Source: Kiritimatiellia bacterium
Lineage (GTDB): Bacteria; Verrucomicrobiota; Kiritimatiellia; RFP12; UBA1067
Direction: 5' to 3'
DNA: 64,000 nt
Assembly (NCBI GenBank): GCA_017652705.1
Contig: JAGCAM010000079.1
Span: 11,475 to 75,474 of the forward strand
This document shows, piece by piece, positions 9,952 through 19,130 of this stretch. Each line of letters opens with the position of its first letter. Position 1 is the stretch's first letter. The notes below the pieces were generated by a model that worked only from the letters and a program-made list of their open reading frames with translations, did not search any database and was not told the DNA's origin. A program made the translations under genes and the position numbers.

Positions 9952-10575
9952 TCAGCGGCCGGAAACCCAGCCCGCGATGTCGGTCTCCGAAGCATCGGTG
10001 AGGTTTTTCGGGGTCTCGAAAGTCGCCCCCGGCGCCGACGGTTTCAGGTAATCCAGAGTTTTCCCGGCGCCGCTGCCGCCGCTCGTGAAGAACGGCACGA
10101 TTTTCTTTCCCTTCAAGTCGTGGGCCTCGAGAAAGGTGTTGACGACTGTCGGCGCGACGTACCACCATATCGGAAAACCGAGATAGACGACGTCGTAATC
10201 TGCGATGTCGGCGATTCTGGTTTTGACGGCCGGCCGCGACTTCTTGTCGTTCATCTCCACCGAAGATCGGCTCTGTTTGTTGTGCCAGTCGAGGTCTTCC
10301 CTGTTGTAGGGCTTCTCGGGGGTGATTTCGACAAGTCTGCCCCCGGTCGCTTTGGCGACGAGCGCGGCTTTTGCCTTGGTGGTGCCGGTGGCGGAAAAAT
10401 AGGCGACGAGTGTTTTCATTTTCTTTCCTTTCACTTCTTTGCCGGCGGCCGGAGCGCCTCCCGCCGCCGGCGGTTCTTTTTCAGCCCCGTTTACGTCGTT
10501 CCCGCCTGAACCGCCGCAGCCTGCCAGCGCCGCGGCCGACACCGCGAAAACAAATTCTTTTCTGCTTAGTTTCAT
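9952..10575 (-). CDS. flavodoxin-like lipoprotein
   Basis: 207 aa. Lipobox ALAGCGGSG followed by a Gly/Ala/Pro linker, then flavodoxin motifs (LVAYFSATGTTK; GFPIWW). RBS GGAGGAG. Confidence 0.75.
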   Translation of the reverse strand: MKLSRKEFVFAVSAAALAGCGGSGGNDVNGAEKEPPAAGGAPAAGKEVKGKKMKTLVAYFSATGTTKAKAALVAKATGGRLVEITPEKPYNREDLDWHNKQSRSSVEMNDKKSRPAVKTRIADIADYDVVYLGFPIWWYVAPTVVNTFLEAHDLKGKKIVPFFTSGGSGAGKTLDYLKPSAPGATFETPKNLTDASETDIAGWVSGR

Positions 10576-10604
10576 CTGACTTCTCCTCCGGTTTTACTGA
10601 GTGT

Positions 10605-10613
10605 ATTATATCA
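10605..10613 (-). promoter_or_regulatory. extended -10 element TGaTATAAT upstream of the flavodoxin gene (leadered, ~29 nt to ATG)
   Basis: Minus-strand caaTGaTATAATacactcagtaaaaccGGAGGAGaagtcagATG. Confidence 0.4.
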
Positions 10614-11081
10614 TTGTCTGCGGCCTGAAATCAACACCAGTCGGCTTTCGGCAAGGAAAAACCCGAGGATCACCGTCCAGTACACGGTAAGCCCGGTATA
10701 GGCGCAGACCTCGTCCCTCCGCTCCCCGACGAGGACGACGAGAAGCGGGTTCAGGACCTTGCGGATCGGCTCGATGAAGCCCCTGAACGCCTTCATCGCC
10801 TCCGCCCATGCCGAGCGCAAACAGCATCGTGACGCGCGAAGCCAGATGCTGCCAGAACGCGGGCTCCGGTCCGCGCAGGATATCAAGGCAGAAAAGCCGC
10901 CCCGCCGGATAGCTGTGGGGCCGGGGAAAGACCGACGGAACCACGCCCTGCCCCATTCCAGAAATCCGGCCCCCGGCCATGTCGCGGCTCCGGGCTTTCG
11001 ACATTTACCCGGTAGTTTTCTGCATGGTATTCCTTTTCGCTTGCAAACATTCCAGGTGTCATGCCGGTTTCCCGGAGCTGT
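10611..11081 (-). pseudogene. degenerate remnant of a membrane-protein gene (frameshifted)
   Basis: Hydrophobic protein-like stretches occur in two different minus-strand frames (..AFWQHLASRVTMLFALGMGGG.. then ..MKAFRGFIEPIRKVLNPLLVVLVGERRDEVCAYTGLTVYWTVILGFFLAE..). There is no intact ORF over 91 aa, and the region sits between the metallophosphoesterase stop and the flavodoxin promoter. Confidence 0.25.
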
Positions 11082-11834
11082 CTATGAACGTTTCTTCCCG
11101 CCGACGGCGGAAAGAAGCATTGCGGTCAGCCAGCCGGGCAGCGGGCGGTCGTGGTTCAGCATTTTTTCGATGTAATCCTTGAAATCGAACCGCAGCTCCC
11201 GGAAATCCAGCTCGCCGGCCCGGTCGTCGTAGATGCAGTATGTCGTCACCATGTCGTTGCGCGGGTAGCCGACCGAACCGAGATTCACCAGATACCGCCA
11301 CCCGTCGCGGATTTTGAACGATCGCGGCTTCCAGCGCTTGATCACCCCTTTGGGGCTGCGCAGAAAAATCTCTGCGTGGTGGAGATGCCCGACGAACAGC
11401 AGTCTTTCAGGGGTGGCGTTGAACGAAAGGGATGCATCGTAGAGATCCATGATGTAGTTAAAATCGGCGGGGCTGGTGAAGTCGCCGTGCGCACAGGCGA
11501 AATCTCCGTTGGACCAGCTGACCGGGCGTTTGCGCAGCCAGGCGACATCCGGGGCAGAAAGGAGCTTACGGTCGAGGCGGTCGATGTCGTAGTTGGGGTT
11601 GACGCGCATCTCCACGGTCTGGCTCCGGGCCACGCAAACTTCGTCGTGGTTGCCGAGCAGCGCCACCGAAGCGCACTTGCGCAGGGCCGCCACGCACGCC
11701 GGAGCGTCATAGCCGTAACCGGTCGCATCGCCGCAGAAAATCCACTTGTCCACGCCACGCGCGGATCCGTCGGCAAGCACGGTTTCAAGCGCCCGGAAAT
11801 TTCCGTGAACGTCTGAAATGACGCCGTATTTCAC
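11082..11834 (-). CDS. metallophosphoesterase (YfcE/MPP family)
   Basis: 250 aa. [23 protein letters not shown] and GHLH motifs. Start overlaps the clpC stop by 4 nt. Confidence 0.8.
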   Translation of the reverse strand: MKYGVISDVHGNFRALETVLADGSARGVDKWIFCGDATGYGYDAPACVAALRKCASVALLGNHDEVCVARSQTVEMRVNPNYDIDRLDRKLLSAPDVAWLRKRPVSWSNGDFACAHGDFTSPADFNYIMDLYDASLSFNATPERLLFVGHLHHAEIFLRSPKGVIKRWKPRSFKIRDGWRYLVNLGSVGYPRNDMVTTYCIYDDRAGELDFRELRFDFKDYIEKMLNHDRPLPGWLTAMLLSAVGGKKRS

Positions 11835-14302
11835 TTAGCCTTCCCCGCCCGGCGGAAAACCAGGGCGGCTCCGTCTTTGGCGAGTCTGGCGCGCATCCGC
11901 GCCCCGGCTTTGCCGGAGAGCACAAGATCGGCGAGAGGATCTTCCACGAAATCCTGAACCACCCTGCGCAGCGGGCGGGCGCCGAGCGCAGGATCGTAGC
12001 CTTTTTCAATCAGAAAATCCGCCGCCTTGTCGTCGAGAGTAAACGTGATGTGCGCGTTTTTAAGCCGCGCCTGGAGTCCGGCGAGTTCAAGTTCGAGTAT
12101 GCGCCGCAGATCGGCCTTTTCGAGTTTTTTGAAGACGACTGTCTCGTCGAACCGGTTGAGGAGCTCCGGTCGGAAAGCCCGCTTCGCCTCGCCGAGCATT
12201 TTTTCTTTCAGCACGTCGTAGCTCGTCTCGGCGGTGTCTTTGGCGAAACCGAGCGTGTGGCCTTCGCGGGCGAAATCGAACCCGAGGTTGGCGGTGCAGA
12301 TCACGATGGTGTTTCTGAAGTCGATCATCCGGCCCTGGCCGTCGGTGAGGCGGCCTTCGTCGAGAATCTGCAGCAGCATGTTGCAGACGTCGGAATTAGC
12401 CTTCTCGAATTCGTCGAACAGCACGACCGAATAGGGCCGGCGGCGCACTTTCTCGGTGAGCTGGCCGCCTTCGTCGTAGCCGACGTAACCCGGGGGGGCG
12501 CCGACGAGGCGCGAGGAGGAGTATTTTTCCTGGAATTCAGACATGTCCAGCGCGATCAGCGCCTTGGAGTCGCCGTAAACGCGTTCGGCGAGCATCTTGG
12601 CGAGATGGGTTTTGCCGACGCCGGTCGGTCCGAGAAAGAGAAATGATCCGATCGGGCGCTTCGGGTCGGACATCAGCGCGCGGCTGCGGCGGAGCGCCCT
12701 GGCGATGGCGTTAACCGCCGGTGTCTGCCCGACCACCACTTCACCGAGGGCTTTTTCCATGCCGAGCAGTTTTTCGGCGGTGGTGGCGCACATCTTCTCG
12801 ACGGGCACGCCGCTCATCGAAGAAACGGTTTCTGCGACGTCCTTCTCGCCGATCTCGATGACCTCTTCGGCGTGGGTCTCCTTCCATTTGGCGAGCGCCG
12901 CTTCGAATTCTTCGCAGGCGCTGCGGATGGCGTCGCGGTACTGCGCCGCGGAATCGAAGTCGCCTTTCGCGACGACCTGTTCCTTACGGCCGCGCAAGGT
13001 GTCGATGCGGGCCTGCATTTCGGTGAGTTTCTTCGGACGGGCGCTTGCGCCGGCTCGCAGTCTGGCGCCGGTTTCATCCACCGCGTCGATCGCCTTGTCG
13101 GGCAGCTGGCGCGCCGGCAGGTAGCGCGCGGTGAGCTCCACCGCCGCGCGGATCGCCTGCGGCGTGTAGGCGACGGAATGGTATTCGGAATACTTGGGGG
13201 CGATGCCTTCGATGATGCCGACGGCTTCGACGACGGTCGGTTCGTCGACCTGCACCGACTGGAACCGGCGTTCCAGCGCGGCGTCGCGCTCTATGGACTT
13301 GTGGTATTCTTTGAGGGTGGTGGCGCCGACGCACTGCAGTTCGCCGCGAGCGAGCGCGGGTTTGAGGATGTTCGCCGCGTCCATGGCGCCCTCGGCGCCG
13401 CCGGCGCCGACCATGGTGTGTATTTCGTCGAGGAAAAGGATGATGTTGGCGCTGCGCTTCGTTTCGTCGATTATCTTCTTGAGCCGCTCTTCGAACTGGC
13501 CGCGGTACTGGGTGCCGGCCACGACGCGGGCCATGTCGAGCGCCACCACGCGCTTGTTCTGCATCTTTTCGGGCACCTCGCCGCGATGCACCGCCTGGGC
13601 GAGACCCTCGACGACGGCGGTTTTGCCGACGCCGGCCTCGCCGATCAGCACGGCGTTGTTTTTGGTGCGGCGCGAGAGAATCTGAATTATGCGTCTGAGT
13701 TCTTTCTCCCTGCCGATCACGGGATCGAGTTTCCCCTGCCTGGCGAGTTCGGTGAGGTCGCGCCCGTAGGCGTTGACCGTCGGCGTTTTCTGGGCCTTGC
13801 CGTTCGCCCCGGGGCGGGCGTCGCGCACATCTTCATCGGCCTCGCGGCGCTCCGGCGTTTCGTCGCCGCGGCGGTCGCCGCCCTGGCTGCCGGCGGCGAT
13901 GAACTTGTCGGCGGTGACACCGGCGTTGAACAGCAGCTGCGCGGCGGCGTTGTCCCCTTCACGGAGCATCGCGAGCACGAGATGCGCGGTGCCCACCGGT
14001 CTGCCGTCGCCGGCGTCCAGCGCGGCCATGTCGAGTATTTTTCTCGTGCGCGCCGTGAGCGGCAGCTGCCCCCGCTGCAGAATGCCCTCGGCGCCGCCGG
14101 AAATCATCGACTTCGCCGACTCGGCGAGATCTTCGAGCGCCAGCCCCAGCGTCACCAGCCGTCGGCAGGCTTCGCACTGCGGTATCGCGATTATGGAAAG
14201 AAAGATGTGCTCCGCGCCGATATGGTCGTGGCCGAACTGACGGGCGCAGCTGGACGACGCGTTCAACGCGTCGACGGCGTGCTTTGTGAAAACCACCTTC
14301 AC
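11831..14302 (-). CDS. clpC: ATP-dependent Clp protease ATP-binding subunit ClpC (two AAA+ modules, Clp-N repeats, UVR linker)
   Basis: 823 aa. Two Walker A sites (GEAGVGKT; GPTGVGKT), an N-terminal double Clp_N repeat and a UVR-like linker ([16 protein letters not shown]). Confidence 0.9.
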   Translation of the reverse strand: MKVVFTKHAVDALNASSSCARQFGHDHIGAEHIFLSIIAIPQCEACRRLVTLGLALEDLAESAKSMISGGAEGILQRGQLPLTARTRKILDMAALDAGDGRPVGTAHLVLAMLREGDNAAAQLLFNAGVTADKFIAAGSQGGDRRGDETPERREADEDVRDARPGANGKAQKTPTVNAYGRDLTELARQGKLDPVIGREKELRRIIQILSRRTKNNAVLIGEAGVGKTAVVEGLAQAVHRGEVPEKMQNKRVVALDMARVVAGTQYRGQFEERLKKIIDETKRSANIILFLDEIHTMVGAGGAEGAMDAANILKPALARGELQCVGATTLKEYHKSIERDAALERRFQSVQVDEPTVVEAVGIIEGIAPKYSEYHSVAYTPQAIRAAVELTARYLPARQLPDKAIDAVDETGARLRAGASARPKKLTEMQARIDTLRGRKEQVVAKGDFDSAAQYRDAIRSACEEFEAALAKWKETHAEEVIEIGEKDVAETVSSMSGVPVEKMCATTAEKLLGMEKALGEVVVGQTPAVNAIARALRRSRALMSDPKRPIGSFLFLGPTGVGKTHLAKMLAERVYGDSKALIALDMSEFQEKYSSSRLVGAPPGYVGYDEGGQLTEKVRRRPYSVVLFDEFEKANSDVCNMLLQILDEGRLTDGQGRMIDFRNTIVICTANLGFDFAREGHTLGFAKDTAETSYDVLKEKMLGEAKRAFRPELLNRFDETVVFKKLEKADLRRILELELAGLQARLKNAHITFTLDDKAADFLIEKGYDPALGARPLRRVVQDFVEDPLADLVLSGKAGARMRARLAKDGAALVFRRAGKAK

Positions 14303-15183
14303 AGGAACTTATCCTCCGCGCGCTCGTTCAGCACCACGTCTTCGAACCGGCGGTTCATCTCGTCGGCGCGCTCGGCGTCGATTTTATCCCGGTCTTCGGA
14401 TTCGAGTTTATCCTCCGAACCGCTCAGATCAACCGCTGCGAGCATCCTCTCGATTTCGTCGCCGGTGATGCCGTCGAGCATCTCTTCGGCGGCGGCGATT
14501 CTGAGCGGGGAGAGCAGATCGAAATATTCACCCGGCGACAGCAGCCGGCAGTTCTTCATGACCGCCAGCGCGCGGCAGAGCGAATCGCCCAGCACCCGCG
14601 GCATCTCCTCGAAAAGCCGCACCCGGGCGTTGCGTTCCTCCCGGAGCAGATCTTCGACGACGCGTTTCGCCCGGTCTTCCGGACCTGAATAGCGCAGCGA
14701 GAAAACGTGACCGGCGTCGTTCACCCCGTCGGCGTCTACCCCGGCGAGTTCCATCTTCAAAGCCCTCGCGGCGCGTTTTACCGCATCCAGCTCGCCGATG
14801 AGATGAAGCGCCTCGAGATGCAGCCGCCCGCCGATCAGGTACGCTGGATCCACCCCGGCTAGGGAATAGTCGCGGTATTCAGGCCTTTTCTCCTCTTTAG
14901 AAGCCCGCGCGGCCTTCTCCAGATCGGAAACCATGTCCTGAAAAGCGTTCATGATCGCTCCGATGATCTGGGGAGGCGCTTCACCCCCGTCCACCGGCGC
15001 CGAGATTTCGGTGACAGACATCGACACTTCACCGCCGGCACCCTTTACCTTTCTGGTGCGTTGGCTCTTCTTCTGCCGGCGCTGCCGCTCCGCCGCGGCG
15101 CAGGCGCGGCAGACGTAAAGCTCGTTGTCGTCGCTGCCAATCGCCGTCTCGGCGTCGGATTTATGACACAGTTCGCATTTCAT
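14299..15183 (-). CDS. hypothetical protein with N-terminal C4 zinc ribbon (CxxC-x16-CxxC), basic linker and acidic C-terminus; first gene of the clpC operon
   Basis: 294 aa. MKCELCHKSD...YVCRAC followed by RQRRQKKSQRTRKVK. Its stop overlaps the clpC ATG by 4 nt. I could assign no recognised catalytic family. Confidence 0.6.
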   Translation of the reverse strand: MKCELCHKSDAETAIGSDDNELYVCRACAAAERQRRQKKSQRTRKVKGAGGEVSMSVTEISAPVDGGEAPPQIIGAIMNAFQDMVSDLEKAARASKEEKRPEYRDYSLAGVDPAYLIGGRLHLEALHLIGELDAVKRAARALKMELAGVDADGVNDAGHVFSLRYSGPEDRAKRVVEDLLREERNARVRLFEEMPRVLGDSLCRALAVMKNCRLLSPGEYFDLLSPLRIAAAEEMLDGITGDEIERMLAAVDLSGSEDKLESEDRDKIDAERADEMNRRFEDVVLNERAEDKFL

Positions 15184-15192
15184 GGATGTGTA

Positions 15193-15201
15193 TTATATCA
15201 A
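15193..15201 (-). promoter_or_regulatory. extended -10 element TGaTATAAT, 9 nt upstream of the zinc-ribbon gene ATG
   Basis: Minus-strand ttTGaTATAATacacatccATG. Confidence 0.4.
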
Positions 15202-15235
15202 ATATTGCATCCGCTTGCCTTCCCGCGCCGCCACC

Positions 15236-16732
15236 TCACGCCATCGGGTCTGGCGAAAACTCACCCTGCATCATGTCAGGCTCGGGCTCAGACGATTTAA
15301 AGTTCTCCACCCCTTCGCCGCGGTCCGGCTCGCGGTCGAGAAACCTCACGTATTCGCGCAGAAAGGTCAATTTCACTTCGCCGGTTTCACCGTTTCTGTT
15401 CTTGGCGATGTCAACATACGCGAGGGTGGCGTCGCCGCATTCGGGATCGTTGGCGTTGCGCGCCGGGCGGCGGAGCAGAAAGACGACGTCGGCGTCCTGC
15501 TCGATCGCGCCGGAATCGCGCAGATCGGAGAGTTTGGGTTTTTCGAACTTGTCTCCGCGCTGCACGGTGGCTCGGGAAAGCTGCGAAAGCACGATCACCG
15601 GCACCTGCAGCTCCTTGGCCATCGCCTTGATCTGCTGCGAAATCATCGCGACCTCGATCTGCCGCCCCTGCCTCGCGCCTTCGCGGCAGCAGCACAGCTG
15701 CAGATAGTCGATGACGATTAGCTCGATGCCGAACCGTTTCTTCATCCGGCGGGCCCGTGCGCGCAGATCCATCACGTCAAGACCCGCGGCGTCATCCACG
15801 TAAATGGGCGACGACTTCAAAACGCCCAGCGCCCCCATGAGCTGTTCGGTCAGCCGCTGTTTCTCGCTCCGCGCCACCAGTTCGCGGTTCAACCGCCACA
15901 TGTTGATGCGCGCTCGCCCGGCCAGCATCCGCTTCGTGAGCTGCACCACGGGCATCTCCAGCGAAAAAACGGCCACCGGGTGTTTTTTGCCGCCGTCGTA
16001 CTTGACCGGCATGTCGTTCATCGCCATGCCCGTCGCGCAGCTCTCGGCGATGTTCATCGCCAGCGACGTCTTGCCCATCGACGGACGCGCCGCAATCACG
16101 ATCATTTCGCCGGGCTTCAACCCCTGAAGAACTTCGTCGAGATACTTGTAGCCGGTTGAAAGCCCTTCCATCAGTTTGCCGCCGGACTCGAACAGCCTGT
16201 CGATGCGGTTGAAACTTTCCTGCACCGCGTCCGGCCACGGCATGGTTTCACCGGCGGAACCGCCGATTTCGAGAAAGGACTTCTCCGCCTCGCCCAGCAC
16301 GACCTGCGGGTCGGGGTACTCGCCTTCGTCATAGCACTTTTTGACCACGTCGGTGGCCCGCTCGATCATCACGCGGCGCAGATATTTGGCCCGCAGTATG
16401 CCGATGTAATGCTCCGCGTGCGCCGTCGTCGGCACCTGGTCGATAAGCGACTGGATGTAACCGACCCCGCCGATCGCCTCGAGCCGGCCGTCTCCGCGCA
16501 ACTCTTCGATAAGCACAAGCGCGTCGATCGGCTTTGCTTCGACGCTCATCTTCAGAATGGCGGAATATATGGTCTGGTTCGCCGGATTGAAAAACGCTTC
16601 GGGCACTATCCCGCGCGTGCGGCATTCATCAAGCACGTGTTCATCGCCGTGGGTGGTGGCGTCAAGAAGGATGGACCCTAGAACCGCCCTTTCGGCGGCG
16701 GGGTTGTTCGGTGGTGCTTTCAAATCTTCCAT
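15236..16732 (-). CDS. dnaB: replicative DNA helicase DnaB
   Basis: Walker A GEMIVIAARPSMGKTS, helicase motifs and an N-terminal DnaB domain. Start chosen at MEDLKAPPNN. The ORF track extends 18 codons further to a non-canonical start. Confidence 0.85.
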   Translation of the reverse strand: MEDLKAPPNNPAAERAVLGSILLDATTHGDEHVLDECRTRGIVPEAFFNPANQTIYSAILKMSVEAKPIDALVLIEELRGDGRLEAIGGVGYIQSLIDQVPTTAHAEHYIGILRAKYLRRVMIERATDVVKKCYDEGEYPDPQVVLGEAEKSFLEIGGSAGETMPWPDAVQESFNRIDRLFESGGKLMEGLSTGYKYLDEVLQGLKPGEMIVIAARPSMGKTSLAMNIAESCATGMAMNDMPVKYDGGKKHPVAVFSLEMPVVQLTKRMLAGRARINMWRLNRELVARSEKQRLTEQLMGALGVLKSSPIYVDDAAGLDVMDLRARARRMKKRFGIELIVIDYLQLCCCREGARQGRQIEVAMISQQIKAMAKELQVPVIVLSQLSRATVQRGDKFEKPKLSDLRDSGAIEQDADVVFLLRRPARNANDPECGDATLAYVDIAKNRNGETGEVKLTFLREYVRFLDREPDRGEGVENFKSSEPEPDMMQGEFSPDPMA

Positions 16733-16887
16733 GCCGCAGATTATACCAGAAAAAAACCTTCTGCGCCGAATGCGTTGTCTACACATGTCTACCGCTGTAA
16801 ACAGCTTGTGAACAACCGGTCGCCGGGGAGGGAGCGGATGGCAATTGGCGGATTATTCACCACGCCGATTGTCTCGTCCCGGTGAAA

Positions 16888-17679
16888 TCAGTAGACGACC
16901 GTGCAACTGACGAGATCGTGGTCGCTCAAATCGCCGGCGGGCATGAAACGCGCGTCTTTAAAGTCCATGCCTTTAATCATGATGTTGTCCAGCGGAGATT
17001 TCGGATTGTTCGAGGGGTAAGTCGGCGTGGCGTCGCCGTTGACCAGTTTGTAGCCGGCTTTCATGAATACGTCGTATTCTTCCCAGAAGCCGATGTTGAA
17101 GTCGCCGGAGATTATCACCCGCGGCTCGTTGCGGAAATCGTCGATCAGTTTCTTCATCTGGAGTTTGCGGTCGTCTTCGTGGCCGGTCTTGAAGGTGGTC
17201 CAGTCAAGGTGCGTCTGCACCGCCCAGAACGGTTCGGCGCCGGACGGCTTGAGTTTAATCGCGAGGTAGTACACCCGCTGGTCGTGTTGCGGATACTCGA
17301 CGATTTTGGTCTCGGCGATTTCGAAACCGTTCAGGCAGAATGCGTTCCACTGATAATCATGGCCCGGCCCTTTGACGCATTTGCTGTAGCGGCCGAAAAC
17401 CGCCGCTTCGGACGAGATTCCGCCGCAGGTTGTGAACGCCTCGGAGAATTCGCAGACGCCGAGCACCTGCGCACCGACCTTGTCGAGGAAATCCCTGTAC
17501 GCCCGTCCGCGTTCGCCTGCCTGTTCCGGCGGAATGGTGGAGGCTCTGGATCGTCCCCATGCAAAATGGCCGATGTTCCAGCTCGCGTAGGTGAATTCAC
17601 CGGATTTCGGAACGCTCGAACAGCCAGCCGCCGCAAGGCACATGGCGGCGAAACCGATTTTGGCGAATGCAGGCTTCAT
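16888..17679 (-). CDS. endonuclease/exonuclease/phosphatase (EEP) family lipoprotein
   Basis: 263 aa. Lipobox LAAAGCSS. EEP signatures (SWNIGHF..., GDFN, SDHDLV at the C-terminus). Confidence 0.7.
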   Translation of the reverse strand: MKPAFAKIGFAAMCLAAAGCSSVPKSGEFTYASWNIGHFAWGRSRASTIPPEQAGERGRAYRDFLDKVGAQVLGVCEFSEAFTTCGGISSEAAVFGRYSKCVKGPGHDYQWNAFCLNGFEIAETKIVEYPQHDQRVYYLAIKLKPSGAEPFWAVQTHLDWTTFKTGHEDDRKLQMKKLIDDFRNEPRVIISGDFNIGFWEEYDVFMKAGYKLVNGDATPTYPSNNPKSPLDNIMIKGMDFKDARFMPAGDLSDHDLVSCTVVY

Positions 17680-18884
17680 TTCTTCACCTCCGCACGGGGC
17701 TCGGTCTCCAGCCAGGCGTCTCTGGACGGCAGAAACTCGTTGTTCTCCGCTATGACTTGCGACACTTTGCCGTCAAGCCCGAGAAAGCGTATCGGCTTGC
17801 CCGTGCGGTTGTCCATTTTGCAGTTGCGGACCGTAAGTCTGCGCACGGTCGCTTTGGGATCGACGCCGATCGTGTCCGCCGGCAACCGGGTTTCGTTGCG
17901 GTAAACGCGCTCCACGGTGAGATTGCCGATGTCGTTCGGCCCCTCCACCTCGATGATCGGCATCCTGCGCCGGTACCAGACGTCCATCGACGGCGGGCCG
18001 AACTCCTTGGAAGCGAACACGTCGGTAATCACGATGTCGTCCATGACTCCCCGTGGTTTCTGCGGAAAGTAATGGGTGAGCCCCACCGTGTAGCAGTAGA
18101 AGTTGCCGTGGACGTTTCTGATGGTCACGCGTTTAAGTTCGGCGCCGGCGGAGAGGAGACGCGCGGCGCTGTGGCAGTATTCGCAGTAAAGTCCGTCGAT
18201 GTCGACGTCGGTTATCGGGCCCTCTTCCGGCGAGCAGATGCCGTCGTTAGCGTTGAGCGCGACCATGTCGTCGAAACAGGTTCCACGCAGGTTGGTTATC
18301 CGGAAATGGTGGCAGAAGCCGTCGAGATGGACGCCGTCGAGGTTGAGCGGTATCGGATTCCATTTTTTATAGTCGAAGGTAACGTCGTCGACGGTGACGT
18401 ACGACGCCTTGGCGAATTCGATGCCGTACGTCACTGGATTGCGTATCGTCACGCCGCGCAGAGTCACATTCTCGACGTGGCAGAAACGCATACCGATGCC
18501 GATGAACCATTCGGGGTCGAATTTTTCCGGGATCTTCGCCCGCAACTCCGGCAGATGCATGAAGTTGCCGGTCTGACTGACGTTGTCGGCGTCCCAGATG
18601 CCGCCGGTGACGGCGACGAAACGGTTGGTGCCGCCGCCGCGGTAGCATTTGTTCTCGAGCATAGGGCAGTCCGAACCCGGCGCCAGGCGCACGACAGAGA
18701 AACGGTCGAGCCGCAATTCCGTGTTCGAACCGATGCGAAGGGTTTTGGAGATGCGGTAATGCGCGGCCGGCGGCGGCAGATACACGCACGCAGCCCCTGA
18801 ATCGAGACGTTCCTGTATCGCCGCGGTGTCATCCGCGATTCCGTCGCCGACTATCGCGGCGAGCGCCAACATCCACAATGTCAT
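17676..18884 (-). CDS. right-handed beta-helix protein of the pectate-lyase superfamily (GH28-like)
   Basis: 402 aa. N-terminal GDGIADDTAAIQ motif, repetitive beta-helix rungs. RBS AGGAGAT. Stop overlaps the EEP start by 4 nt. Confidence 0.65.
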   Translation of the reverse strand: MTLWMLALAAIVGDGIADDTAAIQERLDSGAACVYLPPPAAHYRISKTLRIGSNTELRLDRFSVVRLAPGSDCPMLENKCYRGGGTNRFVAVTGGIWDADNVSQTGNFMHLPELRAKIPEKFDPEWFIGIGMRFCHVENVTLRGVTIRNPVTYGIEFAKASYVTVDDVTFDYKKWNPIPLNLDGVHLDGFCHHFRITNLRGTCFDDMVALNANDGICSPEEGPITDVDIDGLYCEYCHSAARLLSAGAELKRVTIRNVHGNFYCYTVGLTHYFPQKPRGVMDDIVITDVFASKEFGPPSMDVWYRRRMPIIEVEGPNDIGNLTVERVYRNETRLPADTIGVDPKATVRRLTVRNCKMDNRTGKPIRFLGLDGKVSQVIAENNEFLPSRDAWLETEPRAEVKK

Positions 18885-18935
18885 GACTAATCTCCTTCGT
18901 CGCTTTTTTTCTTCATGTCAGCACAGAAACTTCAT

Positions 18936-19012
18936 TGGTGGGACCGCCGGGAATCGAACCCGGAACCTACGGTTTAGGAAACCGTCGCTCTGTCCAGTTG
19001 AGCTACGATCCC
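18936..19012 (-). tRNA. tRNA-Arg (anticodon CCT), CCA encoded
   Basis: Minus-strand GGGATCGTAGCTCAACTGGACAGAGCGACGGTTTCCTAAACCGTAGGTTCCGGGTTCGATTCCCGGCGGTCCCACCA. Folded by hand: 7-bp acceptor, D arm GCTC/GAGC, anticodon stem ACGGT/ACCGT with loop TTCCTAA, T arm CCGGG/CCCGG. Confidence 0.85.
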
Positions 19013-19130
19013 GCGTTTTTGTCAGAACTTTCTTCCGTCATTGCCAAACACTTGGAAAACGAAGCGGCGAGTAATCGTTAGTTCCGTGTATGATATCATT
19101 TCAAACCCGCGATTGTCAATGCGAAGGCGG

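Noticed and set aside
7842-10001. Long plus-strand ORFs antisense to the large minus-strand genes. Examples: 4441..5385, 7842..10001, 12872..14692, 30587..33697, 44795..48571, 52311..55544, 55456..57327.
   Set aside because: Their translations are Arg/Ala/Gly/Pro-rich low-complexity sequence typical of out-of-frame reading of GC-rich DNA. Every one overlaps a minus-strand gene with clear family motifs. None has a plausible start context.
16733-16887. Possible DnaA-box cluster or origin-like features upstream of dnaB.
   Set aside because: I found only a short direct repeat (gtctac x2) and no TTATCCACA-like boxes or AT-rich unwinding element.
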